Assembly: GCA_002748665.1 (NCBI GenBank)
Contig: PDTB01000031.1
Span: forward strand, 890-64,889
Reading direction: 5' to 3'
DNA: 64,000 nt
Origin: Dethiosulfovibrio peptidovorans
GTDB lineage: Bacteria > Synergistota > Synergistia > Synergistales > Dethiosulfovibrionaceae
Shown one piece after another: positions 1-10,255 of this stretch. The translations under genes and the position numbers were made by a program. Below the pieces are notes generated by a model that was not told the DNA's origin, did not search any database, and saw nothing but the letters and a program-made list of their open reading frames with translations. Position 1 is the first letter of the stretch, and every line of letters begins with the position of its first letter.

Positions 1-81
1 AAGAAAAATGTCAAGACCAAAGGCGTTATACGTATCTTGAAAGATAAGCAGCAGCAAATGAGCTCTGTCGAAATGACCTGA
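1..81 (+). CDS. 3' end of an unidentified CDS entering from upstream of the window (...KKNVKTKGVIRILKDKQQQMSSVEMT*)
   Basis: Frame 1 is open from nt 1 to TGA at 79-81. No motif recognised and too short to judge. Confidence 0.2.
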   Translation, partial: KKNVKTKGVIRILKDKQQQMSSVEMT

Positions 82-112
82 GGCGAGTTTCTAAGTTTTT
101 AGAGGTCCCCTT
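60..112. repeat. Copy A of a ~55-60-nt two-block repeat (partner at 11040..11100)
   Basis: Block 1 (60-84) matches 11040-11064 at 20/25 positions. Block 2 (97-112, TTTTAGAGGTCCCCTT) matches 11085-11100 at 15/16. The blocks are colinear with an 8-nt length difference between them. Confidence 0.5.
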
Positions 113-263
113 ATAGGGAAGGATACTCTGGGACCGCCTATTCGTGGATGTGTATTTGTCCCCATGGGAAAAAGCGCGGGATAACTTCCTGCGAAAGGAC
201 TTCGATGAGAGCTCTCGATGAGGTACAATAATAATATCACGTTAAAAACAAGGAGAAAGAGAG

Positions 264-1661
264 ATGACATATTACGATGTGATTGTGATCGGTTTGGGGC
301 CTGCCGGTATGGCCGTCACTGCCATGGGGGCGGCTCTTGGGCTTCGAGTTTTGGCTATTGAAAAGAACAAGGTTGGGGGCGAGTGCCTCAACTGTGGTTG
401 TATCCCCAGTAAGGCTCTTCTTAAGGCCGCTCAGGCGTATCACGATCTTGGTCGCTTAGGATCATATGGTCTTGATGTTCAATCGACCCTTCAGGGAATG
501 GATCCTCTTTTGATGGTTCGAGAAAAAATTGCCACTATCAACGGGAAAAAACTGATGAAGGTTTTCGAGAAAGCCACGGTGATCGACGGTGAGGCTCGTC
601 TCGACAGTCCTGATAGTGTCCGAGTGAACAATCGGACCTATCAAGGTCGGCGAATTTTCATTGCCACAGGCACCGAACCCTTTCTTCCCCCAATCCCTGG
701 TCTCTGCGAGATCCCGAACGTTTTGACGAATACCGATATGTTTGAGATGGAGAAGATCCCCCAATCGCTGACGATCATAGGAGGAGGAGCTATCGGGACC
801 GAGATGGCTCAGGCTTTTTGTCGTCTCGGTGCCAAGGTCAACGTGGTTCATATGGATCCGCACCTGATACCGGCGGCGGATCGGGATGCAGCTGATCTCA
901 TTGAAAAGGTTTTAGTGGACGAGGGAGTGACTGTCCGTAACTCTGTAGCCATCAAGCAGGTGGAGTATAAAAACGGTACAGTAGTAGTTACGGCTGGTGA
1001 CGAGGTCTTTAAGTCGGAGCGGCTTCTTGTTGCTGCCGGTCGAGCACCAGTTGTCGCTGAGCTTGGCCTGGAGACGGCTGGTGTGGAGTATACAAAGCAG
1101 GGCGTTGTGGTCGATCAGCATATGAGGACTACGACTAAAAACATCTATGCCGTTGGGGATTGCAACGGACAAAGCCTTTTCTCTCATGCTGCTATGCATC
1201 AGGGAATGTTGGCTCTTATGGACTCTCTCAGTCCTTTTCGTCTCTCCAGGCTTCGCAGGGATCGTTATGTAGTGCCTTGGGCTGTCTTCACCGAACCTGA
1301 GGTTGCGCAGGTTGGCCTGACCGAAGCGGAGGGAAAAGCCAAAGGCCTGTCTGTGGTCCGAAAAGAGTTCAAGAGTTACGGCAGGATGGTAGCCGACGGC
1401 CATCCTAAGGGCTTTATCAAGGTCGTGCTCGGCAAGCTGGGAAGGATATATGGGGCTACTGTGGTGGGCGAGGGGGCCAGCGATCTCATCCAGGAATGGG
1501 CCACTGTCATTCAGCAGCGGAAGGGTATGGTCAGCGTGATGATGACCCAGCATACTTTTCCCGCCGTGTGTGTGATCAACAAGATGGTGGCCGAACAATG
1601 GATGATGGAGAAATCCAGCTCTCCATATGTCAGGGGACTTATCCGCTTTTTATTGAGATAG
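264..1661 (+). CDS. Class I pyridine nucleotide-disulfide oxidoreductase (dihydrolipoyl dehydrogenase / glutathione reductase family)
   Basis: N-terminal FAD fold YDVIVIGLGPAGM, redox-active disulfide GGECLNCGCIPSK, second Rossmann motif IIGGGAIGTE, and an AAGGAG RBS upstream. Confidence 0.85.
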   Translation: MTYYDVIVIGLGPAGMAVTAMGAALGLRVLAIEKNKVGGECLNCGCIPSKALLKAAQAYHDLGRLGSYGLDVQSTLQGMDPLLMVREKIATINGKKLMKVFEKATVIDGEARLDSPDSVRVNNRTYQGRRIFIATGTEPFLPPIPGLCEIPNVLTNTDMFEMEKIPQSLTIIGGGAIGTEMAQAFCRLGAKVNVVHMDPHLIPAADRDAADLIEKVLVDEGVTVRNSVAIKQVEYKNGTVVVTAGDEVFKSERLLVAAGRAPVVAELGLETAGVEYTKQGVVVDQHMRTTTKNIYAVGDCNGQSLFSHAAMHQGMLALMDSLSPFRLSRLRRDRYVVPWAVFTEPEVAQVGLTEAEGKAKGLSVVRKEFKSYGRMVADGHPKGFIKVVLGKLGRIYGATVVGEGASDLIQEWATVIQQRKGMVSVMMTQHTFPAVCVINKMVAEQWMMEKSSSPYVRGLIRFLLR

Positions 1662-1806
1662 TTAAAGGGGGTTGATATTTCCTTCCTTTTTGTAGCAATC
1701 TGATATGGAGGCAGAATGCCCTGATATATGTCGTATGAAAGCAGGGTGTATGTTGTGCAGTGTTGAAATTTTTGGAGAGATATCGGTGTATAGGAGGTCG
1801 ATCTTC

Positions 1807-2835
1807 ATGAGACGAAGAACAGGTGCTTCAGGTCTTAAAATGAAGGAGGTTCGGGGAATCGTTATTTTGGGGCTCTTCTTGATGGTGAGTTTCATGGCCC
1901 TCCCCTCTGGAGTGGCATGGGGGAACAAAAGAGCTGCCCCCCCTGAAATCCTGGAAGATACCATTATTATAGGGGATCGGGTGCTTGATATAGCCTATAG
2001 ACTGGGAGTGATGCCTAAGGCTATGTCCATTCGGGGATCCGTGTGGGACAAGGCAAAGGGATTGAAAAAATGCAGTCAGATTTTGGGATGTCCTAACTAT
2101 ATTGTTAAAAATCCCTCAACGGTGCCCGATGCGTGTAAGAAGTTCGGAATTAGGCGTATTATCATAGAGAAGTCAGAGCCTTTCTGTCTTTATATGCCAG
2201 GAGCCTCTCCTCTCAAGGTCGTGCCTCTCCTTGCCGGAGTGGATGTTGCCATAGAGTATGTCGATATGACTAAAGGAATGGCTTCGGCTATCAAGCAAAC
2301 AGCGGCTCTTCTCGGTTGTAAGGATCAAAAGGTGCAAGCCCTTTTAGAAAAATGGGACAAGCAGACTGTTGCCATTCAGAAAATGCTGCCCAAAGAGGTC
2401 AAGAAGAGTGGCAAGAAGGCCGTGGTGTTTCACGGTACCTTCCATCGCTCTTCAGGGAAGGTTGGTTTGCGGGTAGAGGCCCCGGGCTTCTATGCGGATA
2501 CGTTTTTCCTGAGTAAGTTGGGGTATAGAAATGTAGGGGAGGTTTTCAATCCGAGCGGTAAAAAACCACGGAAAGGGCATTTTCAGGTCAAGAAGACTAA
2601 AAAAGGATTAGACCTCTCTCCTTTACTCCAAGAAGATCCTGACGTGATTATTGCTACAGGAGATGTTTTTGCCGTGCAGAAGGCGTTGAGGATGTACCTT
2701 CTTAAACATCCTAAGCTCGCCCAGGTAAAAGCGATTCGAAATATGGCTGTTTACGCACTCCCCGCCTATGTGGATTCAAGCCCATTGGATTATGCAAAAG
2801 CTCTCCAGAAATGGATTGCCGCACTAGAACCCTAG
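1807..2835 (+). CDS. Secreted periplasmic-binding-protein-like protein (possibly Fe-siderophore/B12-type fold), with no adjacent permease
   Basis: AGGAGG sits 8 nt before the ATG at 1807. Signal peptide (IVILGLFLMVSFMALPSGVAWG). The layout resembles cluster A/class III binding proteins, but the assignment is weak. The ORF track starts earlier, at 1705. Confidence 0.5.
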   Translation: MRRRTGASGLKMKEVRGIVILGLFLMVSFMALPSGVAWGNKRAAPPEILEDTIIIGDRVLDIAYRLGVMPKAMSIRGSVWDKAKGLKKCSQILGCPNYIVKNPSTVPDACKKFGIRRIIIEKSEPFCLYMPGASPLKVVPLLAGVDVAIEYVDMTKGMASAIKQTAALLGCKDQKVQALLEKWDKQTVAIQKMLPKEVKKSGKKAVVFHGTFHRSSGKVGLRVEAPGFYADTFFLSKLGYRNVGEVFNPSGKKPRKGHFQVKKTKKGLDLSPLLQEDPDVIIATGDVFAVQKALRMYLLKHPKLAQVKAIRNMAVYALPAYVDSSPLDYAKALQKWIAALEP

Positions 2836-2969
2836 AAAAGTTGTAGGGGGCTTAAGCAGCAGTTGGGAACATACCACAATTGATCGTTCATCGGGAACTC
2901 TGTTATAGACGCATAAGGTCTTCAGCTCCCTAATCGTGTAAAGGCTCCAGAAGTAAGGGTGGAATTTTG

Positions 2970-3009
2970 GGATGTGGCATATCTCCCCTCAACAGGAGAT
3001 GCCACATCC
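2970..3009 (+). terminator. Strong hairpin downstream of the 1807..2835 gene (15-bp stem with one bulged nt, 8-nt loop)
   Basis: GGATGTGGCAT(A)TCTCC cctcaaca GGAGATGCCACATCC, followed by the T-rich ttccttatt. Confidence 0.45.
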
Positions 3010-3015
3010 TTCCTT

Positions 3016-3053
3016 ATTGTATCTCTTTATGGGTATTGTATCTCTTTATGGGT
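3016..3053. repeat. Perfect 19-bp tandem duplication (ATTGTATCTCTTTATGGGT x2)
   Basis: Read directly: 3016-3034 equals 3035-3053. Confidence 0.95.
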
Positions 3054-3515
3054 GAAGGAGGAGTTAGGCTCTCTTAAGCTTGTTGCTGGATACTGAGATA
3101 AATGAAGTTTGTCAGGTAGGATACACAGCATGAATCTATCCCCAATGGTGGAAGATTCACAAAGCTATAACTCTCTTGAAACGGCACCTTGCTGGCAACG
3201 GTGCAGGGGCTATGTGTGCTATGACAGCTATAGCGTGGTTCCCAAGGGAACGACACAGGAATAAGCTTGATGTATTAACGATATCGTGGCAGGCAGCAAG
3301 GCTGTATATAAGGATTTTTGCTCTCTACAAGCTACAGAGGAAGGCTCAGGAGCAAGAACGTTTTAGAGCATTTCGATCAATTGTAAGATCCGTCGGAGCT
3401 TGCAGGTACTTGCCCGACAAAAAATCGGCCCTCGCATCCATCTGATGGGACAAGAGAGCCTACTGTGTCAGAAGTTAAAGCTGAAATATGCTGAAAAGCT
3501 TTTTTTGCTTGAGGA

Positions 3516-3944
3516 TTAGCAGGATAGAGCTGCTACTAGTTGGATTTCAACAGGGGCATTCCCTGGAAGAGAGGCGACCCCTACGGCGACCCTGCTCACA
3601 ACACCGTCTTTGCCGAGCTCTTCACAAAGATATTCAGAGGCAAAGTCTGCTAGCTTTGAGTGGGCTGTGTACTTTTCTTCTGCGTTGATAAAGACCGTCA
3701 TAGTTATGATCTTTGTTAGTGTTTCTCCCTCGCTAACTGCTTTTTTTGCAGCAGTTAGCGCATTTTCAGCCGCTTTCCTTACCGCATCTCGATAGTAGTC
3801 TAAAGGTTTAGAGGCGGTAACCTTGCCCACCAAAATTAAAGTGCCTTTTTCCCTCGGTGTCATGCCTGCTGTATATACGAGCGAACCGTAGCGGTTTGCG
3901 GGTATGTATCTGCCCTGAGGGATAGGATCTTCGTTATTAATCAT
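3516..3944 (-). CDS. RidA/YjgF/UK114-family reactive-intermediate deaminase
   Basis: Typical family signature ...LVYTAGMTP...SRVAVGVASLPGNAPVEIQLVA. The start overlaps the upstream aminotransferase stop (TAATG). Confidence 0.85.
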   Translation of the reverse strand: MINNEDPIPQGRYIPANRYGSLVYTAGMTPREKGTLILVGKVTASKPLDYYRDAVRKAAENALTAAKKAVSEGETLTKIITMTVFINAEEKYTAHSKLADFASEYLCEELGKDGVVSRVAVGVASLPGNAPVEIQLVAALSC

Positions 3945-5155
3945 TATTTACGATATCTTTCGAAAATAGTGAGGAGCCTTTCAATACCTGATATGGCAGC
4001 CTCGTGGTTTTGCGAGAAGTTTATTCGAAAACTATTCTCAAATTGAGGTCCAAACTCCGTCCCTGGGGTTATTATAACGTCTGCAAGATGACGGACTATT
4101 TTCACAAAGTCTTTTAGAGGTACCTCCATTGGAGGAAGCTCTGCGAAAAGGTAGCTTCCGCCTTCGGTTGTTCGGACTTTTATACCCTCTACTTTTCTAA
4201 GTTTTTCCAGGATCTCGTCACGGATAGCCTGATGTGCTGCGATTCGATGGTCTATCCAGCCTTTCGGCTCGCTGAACCACGTTGCCAGAACAGACTGGTT
4301 GTATCCACTTGCCCGGAGTGATACGATGGCCAATAGCCGTTCCATTCTGTCTATAATAGCGGGAGATCCGAATGCAACACCAAGCCTGAAGCCGCTAAGG
4401 GATTCTGTTTTAGATGGGCCGAGGATCGTTATGAGGGTGTCCGGCTTTTCTTTCTCTGCCCTGAGATGAAAATAGGGGCGATTGTCAAATATCTGTCTTG
4501 AGTAGAGTTCGTCAACTATGAGAGCAACATCATATTTCTTAGCCAGAGATGCGATTTTCCTGATCTCATCCTCAGAGTAGATCACGCCTGTGGGGTTATT
4601 CGGATTGGAGAAGAGAAACAGTCTTGTGCCAGATTTAAAAGCTTCCTCAAGGCACACCAAATCAATACCAGATCGTTTATCCGTTCCTAAAAAGTCCATC
4701 TGAATTGGGGCGAGCTGTCCTCCGAAAAACTCTACCAGTTTACGGTTAGCGAAGTAATCAGGCTCAACTATAGCGACCTTATCGCCCTCTCCGACAAGTG
4801 CCCCCATGGCGAGGAAAAGGGCACATTGTGTCCCAGGAGTGATTATTATCTCGGAATCAGAATCAACCGACGCACCTGTAAAATAGGCAATTTTTGTGGC
4901 CACATCTTCACGGATAGACCTTGCTCCCCGATATTCTGTATATGCTTGCGAGCCCCCTTTTTCAAAACCCTTCTGAAATGCATCGAATGAGCCTGGTGTA
5001 GGTTCATGGGCATTTACATCTCCATGTGAAAAATCAACAGGTGTTCCCAGGAGCCTCTCTCCTCTGATGTCAAGTTTACCTGTTCTTTGCCGTTTCTCCT
5101 GACCTGGTGCATTCTCAATGCCAATTTTTGCAAACTTATCGTCTAATTTTGACAC
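3944..5155 (-). CDS. PLP-dependent aminotransferase, class I/II
   Basis: SNPNNPTG motif, PLP-lysine region GPSKTESLSGFRLG, about 400 aa. Confidence 0.85.
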   Translation of the reverse strand: MSKLDDKFAKIGIENAPGQEKRQRTGKLDIRGERLLGTPVDFSHGDVNAHEPTPGSFDAFQKGFEKGGSQAYTEYRGARSIREDVATKIAYFTGASVDSDSEIIITPGTQCALFLAMGALVGEGDKVAIVEPDYFANRKLVEFFGGQLAPIQMDFLGTDKRSGIDLVCLEEAFKSGTRLFLFSNPNNPTGVIYSEDEIRKIASLAKKYDVALIVDELYSRQIFDNRPYFHLRAEKEKPDTLITILGPSKTESLSGFRLGVAFGSPAIIDRMERLLAIVSLRASGYNQSVLATWFSEPKGWIDHRIAAHQAIRDEILEKLRKVEGIKVRTTEGGSYLFAELPPMEVPLKDFVKIVRHLADVIITPGTEFGPQFENSFRINFSQNHEAAISGIERLLTIFERYRK

Positions 5156-5180
5156 ACAAGACCCCTCCTGACATTATTTC

Positions 5181-6473
5181 TTACATATTTTCAACTATTT
5201 TCTTGGTGATCTTCAAAAAATCTGTAATATCTTCTTCCGAGTTACAGTGAAGAGGAGTTATCCTGGCTATGCTATCTATGCCAAGGGAGTCTAACATTCT
5301 TTTAGAGTAAAGACTTTTAGCTGTCCGCTCGCATATTAAGATGCCTTTTTCCCTAAGAGCTTTAATAAAAGGGGTGATGTCCTTCCCAATGATGGAAATA
5401 GCTACAAGTAGGTCTTTGTTGTCGTAATCGCCTGTTTGAAAATGGACTTGAATTTTTTTTATTTTACTTAATCCTTCAGCCTTGTCCGTGCCATTGATCA
5501 AGGCGTTCATCAAAGCTCTTTCCTGAAGGGTAATTCTGTTCATGCCCTCCGTAAAAAGATCTCTAGAGCTGTCTTTTTTAACATATTGAGCGCCTATCCA
5601 TTTTACGTAATTTATTACCTCGGAAAATGCTGCAAAGTGTGCTGTTGCAGGACTTCCCAATGCCCATACAGTCTTGTTTTTTGCCTTCAGTTTGTCGTGT
5701 GGAAGCAAGGCCAGTCTTTCAGAGATATAACCAAATCCAATACCTCGACAGCTAAAAAACTTGTAGGGAGCGAGGGAAATTCCATCAATATTTAAATTTT
5801 TAAGGTCAACTGATCCATGTTGGATATGTTGCACTGCATCAATAGTGATGTAAAGATCAGGTTTTATTAATTTTGCCTGATTTATTATTGATTTTATGTC
5901 AAGAACAGCTCCGGATATGTTTGATGCGTAAATAATGTTGAGAAGACAGGTGTTTTTATCTACGAGTTTAATGACATTGTCTACATCTATGTTCCCTGAG
6001 ACTGGATTAGACCGAGCGATTCGAAGTTCTTTCCCGACTTTTTCTGCACATATCTCGCATACATCAAAGGAAGAAGGATGCTCAAGAATAGTAGTGACTA
6101 TATTATCTCCAGGGACATTTTCAATAACAGTCCTTATCATTTTAAAGTTAATCTGTGATGCGGTTAAATCCGTAAGGAGAAACCCATTTTCTACATTCAG
6201 CATTGTCTCTATGTCTTTTTTACATTTTTTAGAGATTTGAGACATGTATTCTGCCACATCGTAGTCCCTTTCAGGACAGTCAGGAATGGCATTCATGGAG
6301 GAAAAAACGTCGTTAGATTCTTTAAGTCTCAGTGCACCTCCTGCATTGTCAAAGAATAAGCGTTTTTTACCGTTTAAAGGGTGTTTCCGCAAAAAAAGAA
6401 ACTTTTCCTCGATCTTTTCTTGAAGAGGATTTTCGAAAAATTTTCCCATTGGATGCTCTTTTATGTCTATCAT
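5181..6473 (-). CDS. Class V aminotransferase-fold PLP enzyme (cysteine desulfurase / selenocysteine lyase-like)
   Basis: Class V layout with ...YASNISGAV...IDAVQH...SLAPYKFF (probable PLP Lys). AT-rich gene. Confidence 0.7.
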   Translation of the reverse strand: MIDIKEHPMGKFFENPLQEKIEEKFLFLRKHPLNGKKRLFFDNAGGALRLKESNDVFSSMNAIPDCPERDYDVAEYMSQISKKCKKDIETMLNVENGFLLTDLTASQINFKMIRTVIENVPGDNIVTTILEHPSSFDVCEICAEKVGKELRIARSNPVSGNIDVDNVIKLVDKNTCLLNIIYASNISGAVLDIKSIINQAKLIKPDLYITIDAVQHIQHGSVDLKNLNIDGISLAPYKFFSCRGIGFGYISERLALLPHDKLKAKNKTVWALGSPATAHFAAFSEVINYVKWIGAQYVKKDSSRDLFTEGMNRITLQERALMNALINGTDKAEGLSKIKKIQVHFQTGDYDNKDLLVAISIIGKDITPFIKALREKGILICERTAKSLYSKRMLDSLGIDSIARITPLHCNSEEDITDFLKITKKIVENM

Positions 6474-6974
6474 TAAATAAGCTCCTTTCTACATATTTGC
6501 ACTAAATTCCATGGTGGGTCTGAAGTTTTAGGAAGGTAGGGATTATTTGTTAGATGCCATAATTCAACCCCTCAAGCAGTTCCTCTCTACTGTTGTTCTG
6601 GAACTTGAAGATCTGATCTAAAGCAAGGGACTCATATCCCGTCTCAAAATGGATTGTATCCCTGCTTGTTTTGTGTAACGTAGAAGTATCTATCCCCAAG
6701 TGAGTTTAGAGAGTTCTGTTGTGTCTCTTGAGTTAGCAGGTTCGCTATCATACTTCTTAAAATAACCCCGATCAAACTCCTGTTCTTTTATTTTACATAC
6801 CATGGAGCTGCATTTATTAATCGTAACTTTAGTTAAAAAATATTATAAATAAATTTATCTTATGAATCTTCACTTTTTTCTGGTTTTGTATATTAACGCC
6901 AATGAATGGTTTTACTTCACGCTGAAAATAATGTTTTTTACTTAAGTTACAAGATAAAATTTCTTTAGATATTA

Positions 6975-8186
6975 TCAGTTTTTTTGTTTTTCCATCTTGT
7001 TTCCTAGCCTCGCAGAACAAGCTCTTGTTACCACCAAATCTCCTGTAATATTTGCTGTCGTGTGCGCAATGTCAATTACGGGCCATATTGCAGCGAGGAT
7101 AGGAACGAGCTCTAAAGGCATGTTTAAAGATTCAAAAAGGACAGCGGACATAACAATTCCAGCACCTTTTACTCCTGCTGCTCCAACTGCCAAAACAAGG
7201 CCTAAGAAAACTACTTTTGTAAGCAATAGTGGTGTTATTTCAAATCCATAAATATCAAATGAAAATACTGATATAACTCCTAGTGCGACGGCCATACCGT
7301 TCATATTTACGGTGCTGCCTAAGGGGAGAGCAAATCCGAAAATAGAAGGATGGATTCCCATTTTGTGTTCGGCTATATCCAAAGAGATTGGTAAGGTGGC
7401 TGCACTAGAAGTAGTGGTTGCAGCAACAAGCATTGCAGGAGATATTGTCTTAAAGAAGTTGAAAACTGGAACTTTAGCCCATCTCAAGATCAATGGATAG
7501 GCCGATATAAATACAATGAAAATTGATAAATAATCAGTCACTATAAATTTAATTACAGCGAGCACCATTTTATCGCTTATAGTTCCAACTAAAACGGCAA
7601 CAAGAGCTCCTATACCATAGGGGGATATTGACATTACAAAATCTGTGATTTTTATCATCACATCAGCACCATTGGTAACAAAATTAGCCATAAGTTTTGC
7701 TTTTTCTCCTAGCAGAAGAATTGCTAGGCCAAAAAGGATTGCAAAGAAGATTATCTGGATCATGCTCATATTTGCCATAGCTGCAACAGGATTTGTAGGA
7801 ATCCAGTTCAAAATGGTGTCTACAAAAGAATACTTTGCGACAGATATTTCTTTTGCAGATCCAAGGATACCTTCGATACCTTGCCCAGGTCGTATAGTTA
7901 GGGCAACGACAGTTCCTATAAAGGCCGCGAGCAGAGAAGTCAGTGCATAAAAAGTAACAACGAACCCTCCAATTTTACGAAGATTTCTTGGAGTTTCCAT
8001 TTTTGTTATTCCAGAGGATATGGTGAAGAAAACCAGAGGTACGATAAGCATTTTTAAGAGCCTGATAAAAGCGTCCCCTATGGGTTTGAGCTTTACAGCG
8101 TCAGGTCCCATAAAATAGCCTATACCAGCACCAAGAATTATCATTAAGAATATTTTCTTATGAAGAGGCATTTTTACCCAGAACAT
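6975..8186 (-). CDS. Dicarboxylate/amino acid:cation symporter (DAACS, GltP/SstT-like)
   Basis: Polytopic membrane protein with family-typical segments (ATTTSSAATLP, GSTVNMNG, TANITGD). AT-rich. Confidence 0.85.
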   Translation of the reverse strand: MFWVKMPLHKKIFLMIILGAGIGYFMGPDAVKLKPIGDAFIRLLKMLIVPLVFFTISSGITKMETPRNLRKIGGFVVTFYALTSLLAAFIGTVVALTIRPGQGIEGILGSAKEISVAKYSFVDTILNWIPTNPVAAMANMSMIQIIFFAILFGLAILLLGEKAKLMANFVTNGADVMIKITDFVMSISPYGIGALVAVLVGTISDKMVLAVIKFIVTDYLSIFIVFISAYPLILRWAKVPVFNFFKTISPAMLVAATTTSSAATLPISLDIAEHKMGIHPSIFGFALPLGSTVNMNGMAVALGVISVFSFDIYGFEITPLLLTKVVFLGLVLAVGAAGVKGAGIVMSAVLFESLNMPLELVPILAAIWPVIDIAHTTANITGDLVVTRACSARLGNKMEKQKN

Positions 8187-8314
8187 TTTTACACGCCCTT
8201 TCTGGAGTAGGATGATTGAATTTTCTAATTAGAACTGTACTACGCGTGATTGATATATTCAAATACCAATAGTACAATGAGATATATATATTTATGTTTA
8301 TATGGAGGGACTCT

Positions 8315-9265
8315 ATGTTTCGAGCTATGAAATATGCGTACGAGATATCAAAGGAAAAGAGTTTTTCGAAGGCAGCAAAAAAACTTTTTATATCTCAACC
8401 GTCCCTAAGCATAACCATCAAAAAACTTGAAAGAAATTTGGGGGTCACTCTTTTTGACAGGAGTTCTATGCCGATTCAGCTTACAGAAGCAGGTCAAGTC
8501 TATATGGAGATGGCAGGGCAAATAATTGCAATTCAAGACAATATGGAGTCCTATGTCAAAGACTATACAGAACTAAAAACAGGAACTCTTGCCTTAGGTG
8601 CACCGCATACTTTTTCTTCTTTGTTTATGCCTGTTTTTATTCGTGCCTTCTCAAAAAAATATCCAGGGGTGAAAATTACACTTGACGAGGCAGATACGAT
8701 GACTCTTCAGAAAAAGTTATTGAATAATGATGTTGATATTGTAATAGACACATGCGATTTTGACGGAAAGTTCTTCTTGTCTTATCCTATTATAGAAGAA
8801 AGGATTCTTTTGATGGTGCCTAAAGATAATAAAATAAATAATAAGCTATTAAAATATAGATTTTCAATCTATGATTTACAGAATGATTATGAGATTGTCA
8901 AGGGTAAGGATCCGGTGCCACTGAGCTATTTTAAAGAAGAGCTGTTTATTATGTTGCATAAGGGGCATGACGTGCATAAAAGAGGTATGGATGTGTGTGC
9001 GCAATACGGTTTTTATCCCAATGTATATATGTATCTCAATCAGCTTATGTCTTGTTACTATATGTCCAATGAGGGGATAGGTATTACCTTCATATCAGAT
9101 ACTATTGTTAAAATGATTCATGTAAAAAGTGACAATGTATTTTTGTATAAACTTAATAACAAAACATCTCAAAGAAATATATTAATGGCGCACAAGAAAA
9201 GTCGACATATGTCAAAAGCGGCAAGAGAGTTTATGAGGGTTGCTGTCAATGAAAGTGTGTTATAG
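8315..9265 (+). CDS. LysR-family transcriptional regulator, divergent from the symporter
   Basis: N-terminal HTH SFSKAAKKLFISQPSLSITIKKLE. GGAGGG sits 5 nt before the ATG at 8315 (the ORF track starts at 8294). Confidence 0.85.
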   Translation: MFRAMKYAYEISKEKSFSKAAKKLFISQPSLSITIKKLERNLGVTLFDRSSMPIQLTEAGQVYMEMAGQIIAIQDNMESYVKDYTELKTGTLALGAPHTFSSLFMPVFIRAFSKKYPGVKITLDEADTMTLQKKLLNNDVDIVIDTCDFDGKFFLSYPIIEERILLMVPKDNKINNKLLKYRFSIYDLQNDYEIVKGKDPVPLSYFKEELFIMLHKGHDVHKRGMDVCAQYGFYPNVYMYLNQLMSCYYMSNEGIGITFISDTIVKMIHVKSDNVFLYKLNNKTSQRNILMAHKKSRHMSKAAREFMRVAVNESVL

Positions 9266-9823
9266 ATGAATTTTTGGGGTAATGTCGTCCGTCAGATGGA
9301 GACGAATTTAATAACTTGAAAGGTATTGATTTGGTAAAATGGGATATCGAAGGGTAGGAAGCGCATAAGGCGAATGATTCTCTTTTGTTCTTTCGAGGAA
9401 AATACCAGAAGGGGCGCTGGGATCATCTCTCGGGCTCTGACATGTGAGACGGTAGAGGTGACAACCGTATCTTCAAGAGTTCGCCGTTGAACTGAATCTG
9501 TACAATATGATCGTCCTGTGTGGTCCTGTTTAGGCGCGGAGCATCGCTCCTCCCATACGCACTCTTTTATAAAAGGGGTTTTCTACTACGGAATAAGGAC
9601 ATGGAGTGCTTTTGTTGTCACAAGGAAGGCTCTGGGGCATGATCGGGAAGGCTCTGTCTCGTCGAACGGTACAGTCGGTTCTTATTCGCAATTGACTGCC
9701 CATTGTGAACTGTCTCAGCCTGGGTATTTGGCTTACAGTGATTCTCAAGTCATTTGATTTTGAGGAGGCGATGTGGTATAACCTCTGCCGTTAAACGTAT
9801 GGTTACGACATGGAGGTGCCTGA

Positions 9824-10255
9824 ATGGGTACGGACAAAGGCGGTATGAATGATCCTATGACGAGCGTGTTTGCGGAGTTTTGTGAGCGTTTTGCTTGTTG
9901 GGAGAGTGCAGTTGCTAAGCTTGGACCTTTATCTCCGGCTCAGATGAGAACCGTGGGCGTTATCGGGAGAAATAAGAACCTTCGAATGAAGGACATTGCC
10001 GAAAAGATGGAGCTGACCACCGGCACCGTGACTGTCATGGTGGATCGTCTTCAGGATATGGGTTTTGTGGAGCGGTGTCGGAACGAGAGTGACCGAAGGT
10101 CCTACAAGATCGTCCTCTCTCCCAAGGGGGAACGGTATTTTCAGGAGCATGTTCGCCGCCAGGAGAGCCTGGTTACGAAACTTACGTTGGGGCTCAAGGA
10201 CGACGAGCGGAGACTCCTCCTCAACTCTCTGAGACGTTGTATAGCCTCGTTTTAA
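9824..10255 (+). CDS. MarR-family transcriptional regulator
   Basis: Winged-helix segment MKDIAEKMELTTGTVTVMVDRLQDMGFVER...DRRSYKIVLSPKG, with a GGAGG RBS. Confidence 0.85.
   Translation: MGTDKGGMNDPMTSVFAEFCERFACWESAVAKLGPLSPAQMRTVGVIGRNKNLRMKDIAEKMELTTGTVTVMVDRLQDMGFVERCRNESDRRSYKIVLSPKGERYFQEHVRRQESLVTKLTLGLKDDERRLLLNSLRRCIASF

Noticed and set aside
3176-3445. 89-aa plus-strand ORF in the 2836-3515 non-coding stretch
   Set aside because: It has no RBS, an odd composition and no motif. It is treated as non-coding.
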